Source: Candidatus Latescibacterota bacterium
Lineage (GTDB): Bacteria; Latescibacterota; UBA2968; UBA8231
DNA length: 64,000 bases
Direction of reading: 5' to 3'
NCBI GenBank assembly: GCA_965248355.1
Contig: OZ252098.1
Span: forward strand, 864,001 to 928,000
Below are positions 1 through 10,573 of this stretch, piece by piece. The first letter of the stretch is position 1. Every line of letters starts with the position of its first letter. Under the pieces are notes generated by a model. It did no database searches. It was given only the letters and a program-made list of their open reading frames with translations, and had not been told where the DNA came from. The position numbers and the translations under genes were made by a program.

Positions 1-1
1 C

Positions 2-427
2 GAACCCGCTTGGTCGCGACACCACCCGAAGCCAGATCAGGTTCCCCGAGAGAAGCTGGATGAGCTTCGAAGGGTGCTCGTCTGGATTTACGGGTCGAAG
101 TCTGAGGAGGTTAGACCGGTCGTTAGGACCCAGAATCCTGATGTCAAGCGGCTAGGGGAGGTCCTGGCCAAGGCGGAGGGTAGACATGTTCTGGAACAGA
201 CGGGAAATCTCGATCAGGCTCATGCAAGCACGGAGCCCGTGGACAAGCGGTTTACTGCGTCCCTGCTTCGCGCCCGGGATTTTGTCAGGGAGGCGTCCGG
301 TTCACTGCGGGCTTACGACGGAACGGACAAGTCGCTGCTTGACATCGCCGAGGATGTAAAGGAAGCGGCGGATAGCCTGTTTCAGAGCATGGCCAGGAAG
401 CACAGAGAGGCTAGCGTCACAGAGTGA
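2..427 (+). CDS. C-terminal part of a protein truncated by the window edge; resembles the C-terminus of ParB-N-domain proteins found beside R-M genes
   Basis: Frame open from base 2 (EPAWSRHHPKPDQVPREKLDELRRVLVWIYGSK...TQNPDVKRLGEVL); stop overlaps next start (GTGA). Family call is from recall only. Confidence 0.45.
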   Translation, partial: EPAWSRHHPKPDQVPREKLDELRRVLVWIYGSKSEEVRPVVRTQNPDVKRLGEVLAKAEGRHVLEQTGNLDQAHASTEPVDKRFTASLLRARDFVREASGSLRAYDGTDKSLLDIAEDVKEAADSLFQSMARKHREASVTE

Positions 428-1425
428 TGGCCCTGTATCTTCCAATAGACGAGGTGACGGGGTCGTCGATCAACGTCGATCTTGCAGCAGACTTCTTGGA
501 GCTAAAGGCATACTTTGCAGACGACTCCACAGCCCTGACTTCGGAACTCGCCAATGCTGCGTCGCTCGGAGCCCCTCAGGACCATGCCGATCTGCAGGAG
601 GAAATGCAGGAGGGAGAGGAGGAGATTGTCTCCTGCGCGGTGAACCGGATCGAGACGCGACAGGGTGCGTTAGACTCGGCTTATCCATTCAGGCTTGATT
701 CTGACGGAGACTTGGTGAGGTACGAGTTGGCCGATGAATCGCTCGGGCAGGCAGCGTACATCCTGAGCCTCGTCCTTTCGAATCTGCGGGCCATTTCTCC
801 GGTTCTAGACAATTCGGGTTTTCATCCGGATTGTGGAGAAGTGGTTAAATTGCGTGGGTATTTCCAGTATCTGGCGACGGCTGCTTTGGCGGCAGAAATT
901 CAGGGGGTAGCATGGTCGTTCGGCTTTCCCCGACCAGACAGATCCGGGTTTCTCAACAAGCTAGGGAAAATCTGGGAGATCCTTGGCGACGGTAGGGTCG
1001 AGGCGCAGACCGGAGCGCCGCGGAAGCCCAAAGACGACCAGATCGATGTTTTCGCTGCCCGTCGGCACCGCGATGGACTGCCGGGGTTCCCTCTCGCCGT
1101 AGCGCAGGTCGCAACAGGCCGGAACCCGGAGGAGAAGTCTCTCAAGGGACATATGGATGCGTTCAAGAGCCGTTGGTTCAGGACGCCGCCGGTGACGAAC
1201 TTCATGGTTTATATGATCATACCATTCGCGAGGGCCGAGGATCAGTTCTTCGACGACGTTCGCGTAATGGGGAACGTGTTGCACCGGTTGCGGGTAGCCC
1301 GTCGTGTTGGCGAGGCTGACCGGCTCGTGGATGACGGCGTGGAAATCGAAGGATACGACCGTCTGCCGGAGGTGGCGCGCTGGGTCAGAGAATACCGAAG
1401 CCGGGCGAGGGCAGAGGCCGCATGA
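424..1425 (+). CDS. Putative PD-(D/E)XK-fold restriction endonuclease-like protein
   Basis: 333 aa; KDDQIDVFA...VAQVATG fits a D...D...Q-x-A variant of the nuclease motif; 4-nt overlaps with both neighbours, one being a DNA MTase. Confidence 0.55.
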   Translation: MMALYLPIDEVTGSSINVDLAADFLELKAYFADDSTALTSELANAASLGAPQDHADLQEEMQEGEEEIVSCAVNRIETRQGALDSAYPFRLDSDGDLVRYELADESLGQAAYILSLVLSNLRAISPVLDNSGFHPDCGEVVKLRGYFQYLATAALAAEIQGVAWSFGFPRPDRSGFLNKLGKIWEILGDGRVEAQTGAPRKPKDDQIDVFAARRHRDGLPGFPLAVAQVATGRNPEEKSLKGHMDAFKSRWFRTPPVTNFMVYMIIPFARAEDQFFDDVRVMGNVLHRLRVARRVGEADRLVDDGVEIEGYDRLPEVARWVREYRSRARAEAA

Positions 1426-2510
1426 GACATCGGTTCCACTCGATCTGCCCGTACTTCGCGATGTTCCCGGAACGGTTCGTTGAGAAGCAACTGGCGGCGA
1501 GTCGTTACGACGGGGTCGTTTTCGATCCTTACTGTGGCCGGGGCACGACTCTGTTCCAGGCGCTCCTCCAGGGACGGGATGCGGCTGGTTGCGATCTGAA
1601 CCCCGTGGCGGCCTGTATTTCGGGAGCGAAGAGCGATCCTCCAGGATGTTCGGAAATCAGGGGGCGAATCACGGAGTTACGAGGAGGATGCTGTGAGCCT
1701 GACGACGTAGGGTGGCAGGGTAGCTTGGAAGAGTTCTTCGACCTTTGCTTTCAGCGGGACACACTGCTCCAAGTACGTTATCTGCGGTCCATACTGGATT
1801 GGCGCAACCGCAAGGACGACCGGTTTATCGCGGCGCTGTGTCTCGGTGCGTTGCATGGAGAGTCCCACCGTTCTCCCAACTACTTTAGCAACCGCATGCC
1901 GCGTACTATCAGCACCAAGCCTGACTATTCGGTCCGATGGTGGAGGCAGTCCGGATATACCCCGCCGCGGCGTGACGTCTTCGAGATCCTCGAACGGATG
2001 CTCGAATACCGGTTCCGGACCCCTCCCCCGAAGGGATCTGCCAAGGTGATTCAGACCGACGCTCGTCTGGCCGCCTGCAAATTCCCGGGCCTCAGAGGTC
2101 GAGTCACTGACGTGATTACTTCGCCCCCGTACCTCGACACCACCAACTACCGTGAGGATCAGTGGCTGCGGCTGTGGTTTCTCGACGGCGAGCCGCTGGT
2201 GCTGCGCGGAGGGGGAGACGATCGACACCGCAACAAGGACAGCTACTGGAGGTTCATCCAGGAGTCGATGGCGGGACTGGGTCCGCTGTTGGAGGGCCGG
2301 GCGAGGATGGTCGTTCGCATCGGGGGGCGCCGGTTGAACAAACCCGAGTTGAGAGAGGGATTGCTGCGGGCCCTGACGGATGGTCTTGGCCGCGAAGTAA
2401 GGCTGGTCGATGATGGCGTCACGACCGAAGTCGGCAAAACGCAGGCGAACTCGTTTCGCGGCGAGAAGGTGTCGCAGTTCCAGGAGCACGACTTCTGCTT
2501 TGCGGTGTAG
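1422..2510 (+). CDS. DNA amino-methyltransferase (probable N4-cytosine, motif I before motif IV)
   Basis: HSICPYFAMFP, SAM-binding FDPYCGRGTT, catalytic VITSPPY. Confidence 0.85.
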   Translation: MRHRFHSICPYFAMFPERFVEKQLAASRYDGVVFDPYCGRGTTLFQALLQGRDAAGCDLNPVAACISGAKSDPPGCSEIRGRITELRGGCCEPDDVGWQGSLEEFFDLCFQRDTLLQVRYLRSILDWRNRKDDRFIAALCLGALHGESHRSPNYFSNRMPRTISTKPDYSVRWWRQSGYTPPRRDVFEILERMLEYRFRTPPPKGSAKVIQTDARLAACKFPGLRGRVTDVITSPPYLDTTNYREDQWLRLWFLDGEPLVLRGGGDDRHRNKDSYWRFIQESMAGLGPLLEGRARMVVRIGGRRLNKPELREGLLRALTDGLGREVRLVDDGVTTEVGKTQANSFRGEKVSQFQEHDFCFAV

Positions 2511-2619
2511 CACTGGAGAAAGCGGAAGGCTTGTTCGTTACGGTTTTGACCATGACGAGTTCCTGGGGTGGTTCCCCTTCCCAGCCGCCGAAGATCAGGA
2601 CCGCAAACGGAGGGAGGAA

Positions 2620-2812
2620 ATGACGCAGACTGAGTACCTGGTCATTGTAGAGAAGTACGGGCCTGGGGCACATGGGGCGTATGTGCCGGAACTGCCGGGC
2701 ATCGGTGTGGCCGGGAAAACGGAGGATTGAGGTGCGTGATCTGGTCGCCGACGCGATCAGGCTGTATCTCGATGAGCTCGAGCAGGGTGGGATCCAGCGG
2801 CGGATGCGGTAG
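2620..2812 (+). pseudogene. HicB-family antitoxin with +1 frameshift
   Basis: GGAGG RBS then MTQTEYLVIVEKYGPGAHGAYVPELPGIGVAGKTED; removing one T at 2727/2728 continues EVRDLVADAIRLYLDELEQGGIQRRMR*, completing the HicB pattern. Confidence 0.7.
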
Positions 2813-2889
2813 TAGTGGACCACTACACGGTTACCGTTTGACCACATGAGCCAGCGGCGCGGTCGATCGATCCGTGCACTGGTAAGCCC

Positions 2890-5800
2890 ATGACAGCCAC
2901 CGACACCTCCGAACGGGGCCTCGAGCGCCTCATCTGCACGGCCTTGGCCGGCCATCCGTGTGACCCGCCTCCAGGTCCCACGGTGGGCGAGGCGCCGGCC
3001 CCTTACGCCGGTTCCGGCTGGAGCGGAGGCAACTTCCACGACTACGAACGCGAGTACTGCGTCGACCTGGCTCAGCTCTCTGGCTTCCTGCGCGCCACCC
3101 AGCCCGAAGCGGCGGAGTCCCTCGGCCTGTCCGAGACGGGCCCCACGCGACGGAGGTTCCTGGCCCGGCTCCAGGGGGAGATCAGCAAGCGGGGCACCAT
3201 CGACGTGCTGCGCCAGGGCATCCGGCACGGGGCCCACGATCTCGACCTGTTCTACGGCACGCCGTCGGCCGACAACCCGGAGGCGCAGGAGCGCTTCCGG
3301 CAGAACCGCTTCACGGTCACCCGCCAGCTGCGCTACAGCCGCGACGAGACCCAGCGGGCCCTCGACATCGGCCTGTTCATCAACGGCCTGCCGGTGGTCA
3401 CCTTCGAGCTGAAGAACAGCCTCACCAAGCAGACGGTCGACGACGCCGTCCAGCAGTATCAGCGGGACCGCAACCCGCGGGAGAAGCTGTTCGAGCTGGG
3501 CCGCTGCGTCGCCCACTTCGCCGTGGACGAGAGCGAGGTCCGGTTCTGCACCCACCTCCGGGGCAAGGCCTCCTGGTTCCTGCCCTTCAACCGGGGCTGG
3601 AACGACGGCGCCGGCAACCCGCCCAAGGCCAGCGGGATCAAGGCCGACTACCTGTGGCGCGAGGTGCTGACCCCGGAGAGCCTGACCGACATCCTCGAGA
3701 ACTACGCCCAGGTGGTGGAGGGGAAGGACGAGAAGACGGGCCGACGGAGCCGGGCCCAGGTCTGGCCGCGCTACACCAGCTCGACGTGGTGCGCCGCCTT
3801 CTGACCGACGCGGGCGCTCGCGGTGCCGGGCAGCGCTACCTGATCCAGCACTCGGCCGGCAGCGGCAAGAGCAACTCCATCGCCTGGCTCGCCCACCAGC
3901 TGATCGGGCTGACCCGGGATGGCGCCCCGGCCTTCGACTCGATCATCGTGGTCACCGACCGGGTGCTCCTGGACCGGCAGATCCGCGACACGATCCGTCA
4001 GTACGCCCAGGTCTCGGCCACGGTGGGGCACGCCGAACGGTCGGGGGACCTGCGCCGGTTCATCGAGAGCGGCAAGAAGATCATCATCTCCACGGTGCAG
4101 AAGTTCCCCTTCATCCTCGACGAGATCGGCAACGAGCAGCGCGGGCGCCGCTTCGCCATCATCATCGACGAGGCCCACTCGAGCCAGGGAGGCCGCGCCA
4201 GCTCGGCCATGGCCCAGGCCCTCTCCGAGGCCGGGGAAGAGGAGGAGGACGAGACCTTCGAGGACCGCATCAACCGCCTCATGGAGTCGCGCAAGCTGCT
4301 GCCCAACGCCAGCTACTTCGCCTTCACCGCCACCCCCAAGAACAAGACCCTGGAGATCTTCGGCGCCCCGGACCCGCGGCCCGACGGCGCGGTCAGGCAC
4401 CACGCCTTCCACGGCTACACCATGAAGCAGGCGATCCAGGAGGGGTTCATCCTCGACGTGCTCGCCTACTACATGCCCGTGCAGAGCTACTACAGGCTCG
4501 CCAAGACCGTGGAGGAGGACCCGGAGTTCGACGTCAGGAAGGCCCAGAGGAAGCTGCGCCGCTTCGTCGAGAGCAGCGACCACGCCATCCGGCTCAAGGC
4601 CGAGATCATGGTCGACCACTTCCACGACCAGGTCCTGGCCCAGGGCAGGATCGGCGGCCAGGCCCGGGCCATGGTGGTCACCAACGGCGTCGAGCGGGCG
4701 ATCCAGTACTACAATGCCATCCGCGAGTACCTTGGGGAGCGCAAGAGCCGCTACCAAGCCATCGTCGCCTTCTCGGGAGAGCACGAGTTCGGCGGGGGCA
4801 AGGTGACCGAGGCGTCCCTGAACGGCTTTCCCTCCGGCCGGATCGCCGAGCGGTTCCAGGACGACCCCTACCGCTTCCTGGTCTGCGCCGACAAGTTCCA
4901 GACCGGGTACGACGAGCCCCTGCTGCACACGATGTACGTGGACAAGACCCTCTCCGGCATCAGGGCCGTGCAGACCCTGTCGCGGCTCAACCGTGCGCAT
5001 CCGAAGAAACACGATGTCTTCGTCCTCGACTTCCTGAACGACGAGGACATCATTCAGACCGCCTTCGCCGACTACTACCGCGCCACGATCCTGGCCGACG
5101 AGACCGACCCCGACAAGCTGCACGACCTGCAGGCGGACCTGGACGGCGCGCAGGTATATGCCCTTGGCCAGATCGACGACTTCGTCGAGCGCTACCTCGG
5201 CGGCGCCGAGCGGGACGAGCTCGATCCGATCCTCGACGCCTGCGTGGCGGTCTACAAGAGCGACTTGGACGAGGACGGCCAGGTGGACTTCAAGGGCAAG
5301 GCCAAGGGCTTCGTCCGGACCTATGCCTTTCTCTCTTCCGTGCTGACCTACAACGACGCGGGCTGGGAGAAGCGCTCGATCTTCCTGAACTTCCTGATCC
5401 CGAAGCTGCCGGCCCCCGAGGAGGAGGACCTGTCGAAGGGCATCCTCGACGCCATCGACCTGGACAGCTACCGGGTCGAGAAGCAGGAGATGAAGAAGAT
5501 CCTGCTGCCGGACGAGGACGCCGACGTCGACCCGGTGCCGGCCTCCGCGGGCGGGCAGCGCCCCGAGCCGGAGCTGGACCGGCTGTCGAACATCCTCAGG
5601 ACGTTCAACGAGCACTGGGGCACCGACTGGGAAGACGTCGACCGGGTAGGACAGCTTATCACCGAGACGATTCCCGCCAAGGTGGCCGCGGACACGGCCT
5701 TCCGAAACGCCCGCCAGAACTCGGACCGGGAGAACACCCGCATCGAGGGCGACAAGGTGCTGATCCGGGTCATGAATTCCGTGATGAAGGACGACACCCA

Positions 5801-5894
5801 ACTCTTCAAGAAATTCATGGACGACCCCGGATTCCAGCGCTGGATGGCCGATACGGTCTTCGGGCTCGCCTACGAGCGGGCCGGCACCCCCTGA
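2890..5894 (+). pseudogene. hsdR: Type I restriction enzyme subunit R, split by a 1-nt deletion near 3774 (pseudogene or sequencing error)
   Basis: Nuclease motif DIGLFINGLPVVTFELKN; Walker A HSAGSGKS, DEAH box, FTATPK, QTLSRLNR; expected PRYHQL reads ccg cgc tac ac cag ctc (one C missing). Confidence 0.9.
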
Positions 5895-5906
5895 ACAAGG
5901 CCGCAC

Positions 5907-6692
5907 ATGGCGCCTGACCGTCGTACGCCTCGCGTGAGGGCGTTCTGCGTCGGCCAGGCGAAATCGGGTACCGCCTCCATAGTCGGGCTGCTGTCCGCCA
6001 ACTACCGTGTGGCGCATGAGCCCGAACGGGCGGCGACCCTCGACCTCATCCTCCGCCACGCGCACGGTGAACTCTCGGACACGGCCGTCCGGGAACACCT
6101 GCGCGAGAGGGATGCGCGGCTCGACCTGGAATACGACGTGGCATGGGCGAACCAATTCCTCATCCGGCACCTGTTGGCCGTCTTCCCCGCGGCCAGATTC
6201 ATCGTACTGATCCGAGACTGCTACACGTGGCTGCAGTCGATCACGGGCCATCTCACCGTCCGCCATGTACCCGGTGACGTGGCGGGGTTTCTCAGGTGGT
6301 GGTTCAAGCCGGACCGGTATCCGCACGGTGCCGGCGATCGCGTCCTCGAGGACCGCGGCCTGTTCTCGGTATCGGCCTACCTGCATGCGTGGAACCGGCA
6401 TGTCGATTCCTGCATCGGGTCGATACCGCCCGAACGGCGGCTGGTACTACGGACCAACGAACTCGGCGCCTCACATCGGCGTCTGGCGCGATTTTTCGGA
6501 ATACCCCCCGGCTCGCTTGATGCTGCCCATGGTCACCGTAACCGCGGTACGCCGATGGAACCGATCGAATCTGTCGTATCCCCTGGATACATCGACGAGA
6601 TGGCCCACTCGATCTGCGGGGCCAACATGGCGCGTTACTTCCCCTCGATAGGAGACAGGCTGCCTCGACCATGCATGGAAGCGCCGCACTGA
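5907..6692 (+). CDS. Sulfotransferase-family protein
   Basis: 5'-PSB-like loop GQAKSGTAS, HEP motif, 3'-PB-like LIRDCYTWLQS. Confidence 0.7.
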   Translation: MAPDRRTPRVRAFCVGQAKSGTASIVGLLSANYRVAHEPERAATLDLILRHAHGELSDTAVREHLRERDARLDLEYDVAWANQFLIRHLLAVFPAARFIVLIRDCYTWLQSITGHLTVRHVPGDVAGFLRWWFKPDRYPHGAGDRVLEDRGLFSVSAYLHAWNRHVDSCIGSIPPERRLVLRTNELGASHRRLARFFGIPPGSLDAAHGHRNRGTPMEPIESVVSPGYIDEMAHSICGANMARYFPSIGDRLPRPCMEAPH

Positions 6693-8057
6693 CCGCTCAG
6701 GTCCGCGCCCGGATGGATGCGGACGAAGAGCTCGATGTCGAGGCCGGACTGTTGGTCCTCGGGGCACTCGAGGGAGACGTGGCGCTGGATCGTGCCCTGT
6801 CGGAGGATGCCGCCGATTCCGAACTGCCGTCCACCGCGGAGACGGATGCCGTTCAGGCTCCTGCGAAACGTGCGTACCTCGACAAGATCTCGGTCCGGGG
6901 TTTTCGCGGTATCGGCTCCGGTTGCGACCTGGGGCTCATCCCCGGCCCTGGCCTTACGCTGGTTGTCGGGCGCAACGGCAGCGGCAAGTCGAGCTTCGCG
7001 GAAGCTCTGGAGCTCTTGCTGACCGGCAAGAACCAACGCTGGGAGGGCCGGTCGGCGGTCTGGAAGGAGGGGTGGCGCAACCTGCACTGGTCCGGGCCGG
7101 CGGAGATCGCGGCGACCTTTGCGGTCGAAGGGCGGCCACAGCCGCTTACCGCAAGACGCGTATGGGTGGAGGGTGCGGATCTGGATGCCGGCACCGACGA
7201 GGTGGATGGCATCCAGGGGGACAACTCCCGTGCGGCCCTTGGTTGGGACGAGGAGATCGCCACTTATCGCCCCTTTCTGCCGTACAACGAACTGGGGTCA
7301 ATCCCTGACTATCGGCCGACCGAGCTGTACGACATGATGTCGGCGGCCCTGGGTCTCGACACGCTGGTGGACGCGCGCCAGCGGTTGCGCCAGCTGCGCC
7401 TTGAGCACGAAAGGCAGGTTCGTACGGCGGAGGCCGCACGGCGAGAGTGGTTCTCCCGAGTCGAAGAGCTCGACGATGAACGGGCGCGGGCCTGCGCCCG
7501 GGCCATCGGGAAACCCAAGGCCGGCACATGGGATCTCGACGCCGTGGAGCTGGTCCTGGAGGGCGCGCTCGAACCGGAGGGTGAGGGCGTGATCGCCCTG
7601 CTGCGCCGACTCGCAACTCTCGCGGTGCCCGGGGCCGAAGAAGCGCGGGCCGGGGCCGGAAGGTTGCGAGCCGCAGTAGAGGGGGCGAAGGCCGCGGAAC
7701 GGACGGATGCCGGCCGTGCCCGGCAGGTCGCGGATCTGCTCGACCGCTCGCTGGTGGTGCACGCCGCACATGGAGATCAACCATGCCCTGTCTGCGGCGC
7801 CGGTGAGTTGACCGATGAGTGGCGGTCGCGTACGGAGGCCGAAGTTCAGCGTCTGCGCACGGAGGCGGGTACGGCGGACCAGGCTCAGAAGATGCTTGCC
7901 AAGGCCCGCCGTGAGGCCCAGGCCTTGTTGGTCGAGCCACCGGAGATTCTGGGTCGTTCGGACACGGCCAGTGTCGACGCGACCGCTCTGCAGGAGGCCT
8001 GGGGACGTTGGGCTGATCTCCGCGAGGCAGCGGATGACAGCCTGATCGAGCATTTGG

Positions 8058-9481
8058 GGCATTGTCCCGATCTTAGTTGAAATAGCACAGGCTCCCATCG
8101 TTACGTTTGATACGAGAAATCCCCAAGAAGCCTCGTATCGGTAACCCAAGGAGCCTGCCATGAGCAAGCTACAAGCACGGAAGAAGGGCGTCAAACGGAC
8201 CGTGGCCATCGGCCCCGTGAACCGCCAAGCCACCGCGTCGATGGACGATCTGGAGACTCGCATCGAGGTCATCCAGCTGCTGATCCCTTTGGGTCTGCAG
8301 GCGGTCTCGGAGGAGCTGCAGCAGTCGGTCGAGGCCTTGGCCGGACCTCGGTATCAGCGCAAGGGTCCGGATCAGGCGTTGCGCCGCTGGGGGGCGCAGG
8401 CCGGGTCGGTGTACCTGGGCGATCAGAAACTGCCGGTCGAGGTGCCGCGCGTGCGCGATGTGGTCCGCGGCACCGAGGTCCCGCTGGAGGCCTATCAGGC
8501 CCTGCAGACGCCGAGGCAGATGGACCAGGGGCTGTTGTTGCGGGTGCTGAAGGGCTTGGCCACGCGCAACTACGAGGCCTGCGCCGAGACCGTCCCGCAA
8601 GCCTTCGGTCTGTCCCGTTCCTCGGTCTCTCGCCGGTACGTGAAAGGCACGGCGCGCAAGCTGGCCGAATTCCAGCAGCGATCCTTGGAAGGCTACGACC
8701 TGGTGGCGCTGTTTCTGGACGGCAAGAGCTTCGCCGACGAGGAGATCCTCATCGCCCTGGGTGTGACTCTGGAGGGCCTGAAAGTGCCCTTGGGTTTCGT
8801 GCAGGCGGCGACCGAGAACGAGCGGGTCTGTCGTCGCTTCCTGGCGGAGTTGGTCGAGCGAGGCCTGCAATACGAAGCCGGGCTGCTCGTGGTGATCGAT
8901 GGAGGCCAGGGCCTGTACAAGGCGGTGCGGTCGGTGCTCCAGGGCCATGCCTGCGTGCAGCGATGCCAGTATCACAAGCGCCAGAACGTGGTCTCGTACC
9001 TGCCCAAGAGCGAGCAGGCCGGCCTTCGTCGAAAGCTGGAAGCGGCGTATGGGCACTCGACGTACGAGGAGGCCCAAGCCGCCCTGGAGGCGCTGAAACC
9101 GGGGTTGCAGTTGATGAACCAGTCGGCCCTGCGCAGCTTGGAGGAAGGTCTGGAAGAAACCCTCACGCTCCACCGCCTGGGCCTGATGCCGATGCTGAAG
9201 GCCTCCTTCCGAACCACCAACTGTATCGAGAACGTCAACAGTCTCCTGGAGCAGTTGACGCGCAACGTGCGGCGCTGGACGAACTCGTCGCAGCGTCACC
9301 GCTGGGTGGCCACGGCGTTGCTCGACATCGAACCTCGCCTGCGCCGGGTCAACGGCTACCACCACCTGCCGATGCTCCGGCTAGCGCTCCAAGCCGAGCT
9401 CGGCATCCATCAGCTCGCGATGACGGGCTGACTCATCCACTCGAGCCTGGGCTACGTTTCAACTGAGAATGGGACTTGCCC
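8058..9481 (+). mobile_element. Complete IS256-family insertion sequence (1424 bp)
   Basis: 8-bp direct repeat GCATTTGG at 8050-8057 and 9482-9489; imperfect terminal IRs (left ggcattgtcccgatcttagttgaaatagcacaggctc; right revcomp gggcaagtcccattctcagttgaaacgtagcccaggctc). Confidence 0.92.
8160..9431 (+). CDS. IS256-family (Mutator-like) DDE transposase
   Basis: 423 aa; LFLDG, VVIDG, QRCQYHK, RTTNCIE motifs; lies between the IRs. Confidence 0.92.
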   Translation: MSKLQARKKGVKRTVAIGPVNRQATASMDDLETRIEVIQLLIPLGLQAVSEELQQSVEALAGPRYQRKGPDQALRRWGAQAGSVYLGDQKLPVEVPRVRDVVRGTEVPLEAYQALQTPRQMDQGLLLRVLKGLATRNYEACAETVPQAFGLSRSSVSRRYVKGTARKLAEFQQRSLEGYDLVALFLDGKSFADEEILIALGVTLEGLKVPLGFVQAATENERVCRRFLAELVERGLQYEAGLLVVIDGGQGLYKAVRSVLQGHACVQRCQYHKRQNVVSYLPKSEQAGLRRKLEAAYGHSTYEEAQAALEALKPGLQLMNQSALRSLEEGLEETLTLHRLGLMPMLKASFRTTNCIENVNSLLEQLTRNVRRWTNSSQRHRWVATALLDIEPRLRRVNGYHHLPMLRLALQAELGIHQLAMTG

Positions 9482-10573
9482 GCATTTGGAGGAGGAGCAC
9501 CACAATCTCGCCGCCGCCGCGGACTCGCTCAAAGAGCAGGCCGCCGCCGAGTTGGGGCGCCTGGAGGAAGCCTGGCGTCCTCTCGTCGATACCCTGCGCT
9601 CCTGGCTGCCAACCGCACGCGACGCGGCGCGGGCCTCCCGGGTGGTCCCGCATCTACGTCGCGCGGAGAAGTGGCTCAACTCGGAGACCGACCTGATCCG
9701 GACCGAACGGTTTGGTCCCATTGCGAAGCGGGCCTCAGAGGTGTGGGAGACTCTGAAACAGAACAGCAGCGTAACGCTGGACCACCTCAAACTCGAGGGT
9801 TCCGAAACCCAGCGTCACCTCGTTCTCGACGTCAGCGTCGACGGAACCGACGGCCAGGCCCTCGGGGTGATGAGTCAGGGCGAGATCCACGCCCTGGCTC
9901 TCAGTCTGTTCCTGCCGCGGGTGCTGCTGCCGGAATCCCCCTTCGGATTCGTCGTGATCGACGATCCGGTGCAGGCGATGGACCCGGGGAAAGTCGATGG
10001 TCTGGCGCGCGTGCTCTCCATGGTGGCGCAAGAGCGGCAGGTCCTCGTCTTCACCCATGACGAGCGTCTGCCGGAATCGGTTCGTCGGCTGCAGATCCCG
10101 GCACAGGTGGTCGAAGTGACGCGGCAATCCGGCTCGCAGGTGGCGTGCCGGACCGTCCGCGACCCGGTTGCGCAGTACCTGGCCGATGCCCGCGCTCTGA
10201 GGAAAACCGACGAGCTTCCGCCGGAAGCCGCGGCGCGAGCCCTGCCTTCGTTCTGCCGCCTGGCCATCGAAGCGGCGTGCACGGAGGTCGTCCGCCGGCG
10301 GCGTATCGGGCGCGGCGAGCCCCACTCCGACACGGACGAGGTGTTGAATGACGCTCGGACGCTGATGCAGAAACTCGCCCTTGCCCTGTTCGACGACAGC
10401 GGGCGCGGGGGAGAGGTACTGGCCCGACTCAACCGGTCAGACCCAAGATGGGCCGACGCCGTCCAATGGGTGAACCGTGGAGCGCACAGGGCCGTCGTTT
10501 CCCAGGACCTCTCGTCGATGGTCGGCTCGACCGAGAGCCTGACGCGATGGCTCGGCAAGCTCAGTAGCAACCC

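Noticed and set aside
3765..3785. Programmed ribosomal frameshift or phase-variable tract in hsdR
   Set aside because: No slippery heptamer or homopolymer at the break.
3771..6401. Long antisense and alternate-frame ORFs (e.g. 876 aa here, 887 aa at 35407-38070, 697 aa at 11094-13187)
   Set aside because: Shadow ORFs expected at high GC3; they overlap well-supported genes and lack family motifs.
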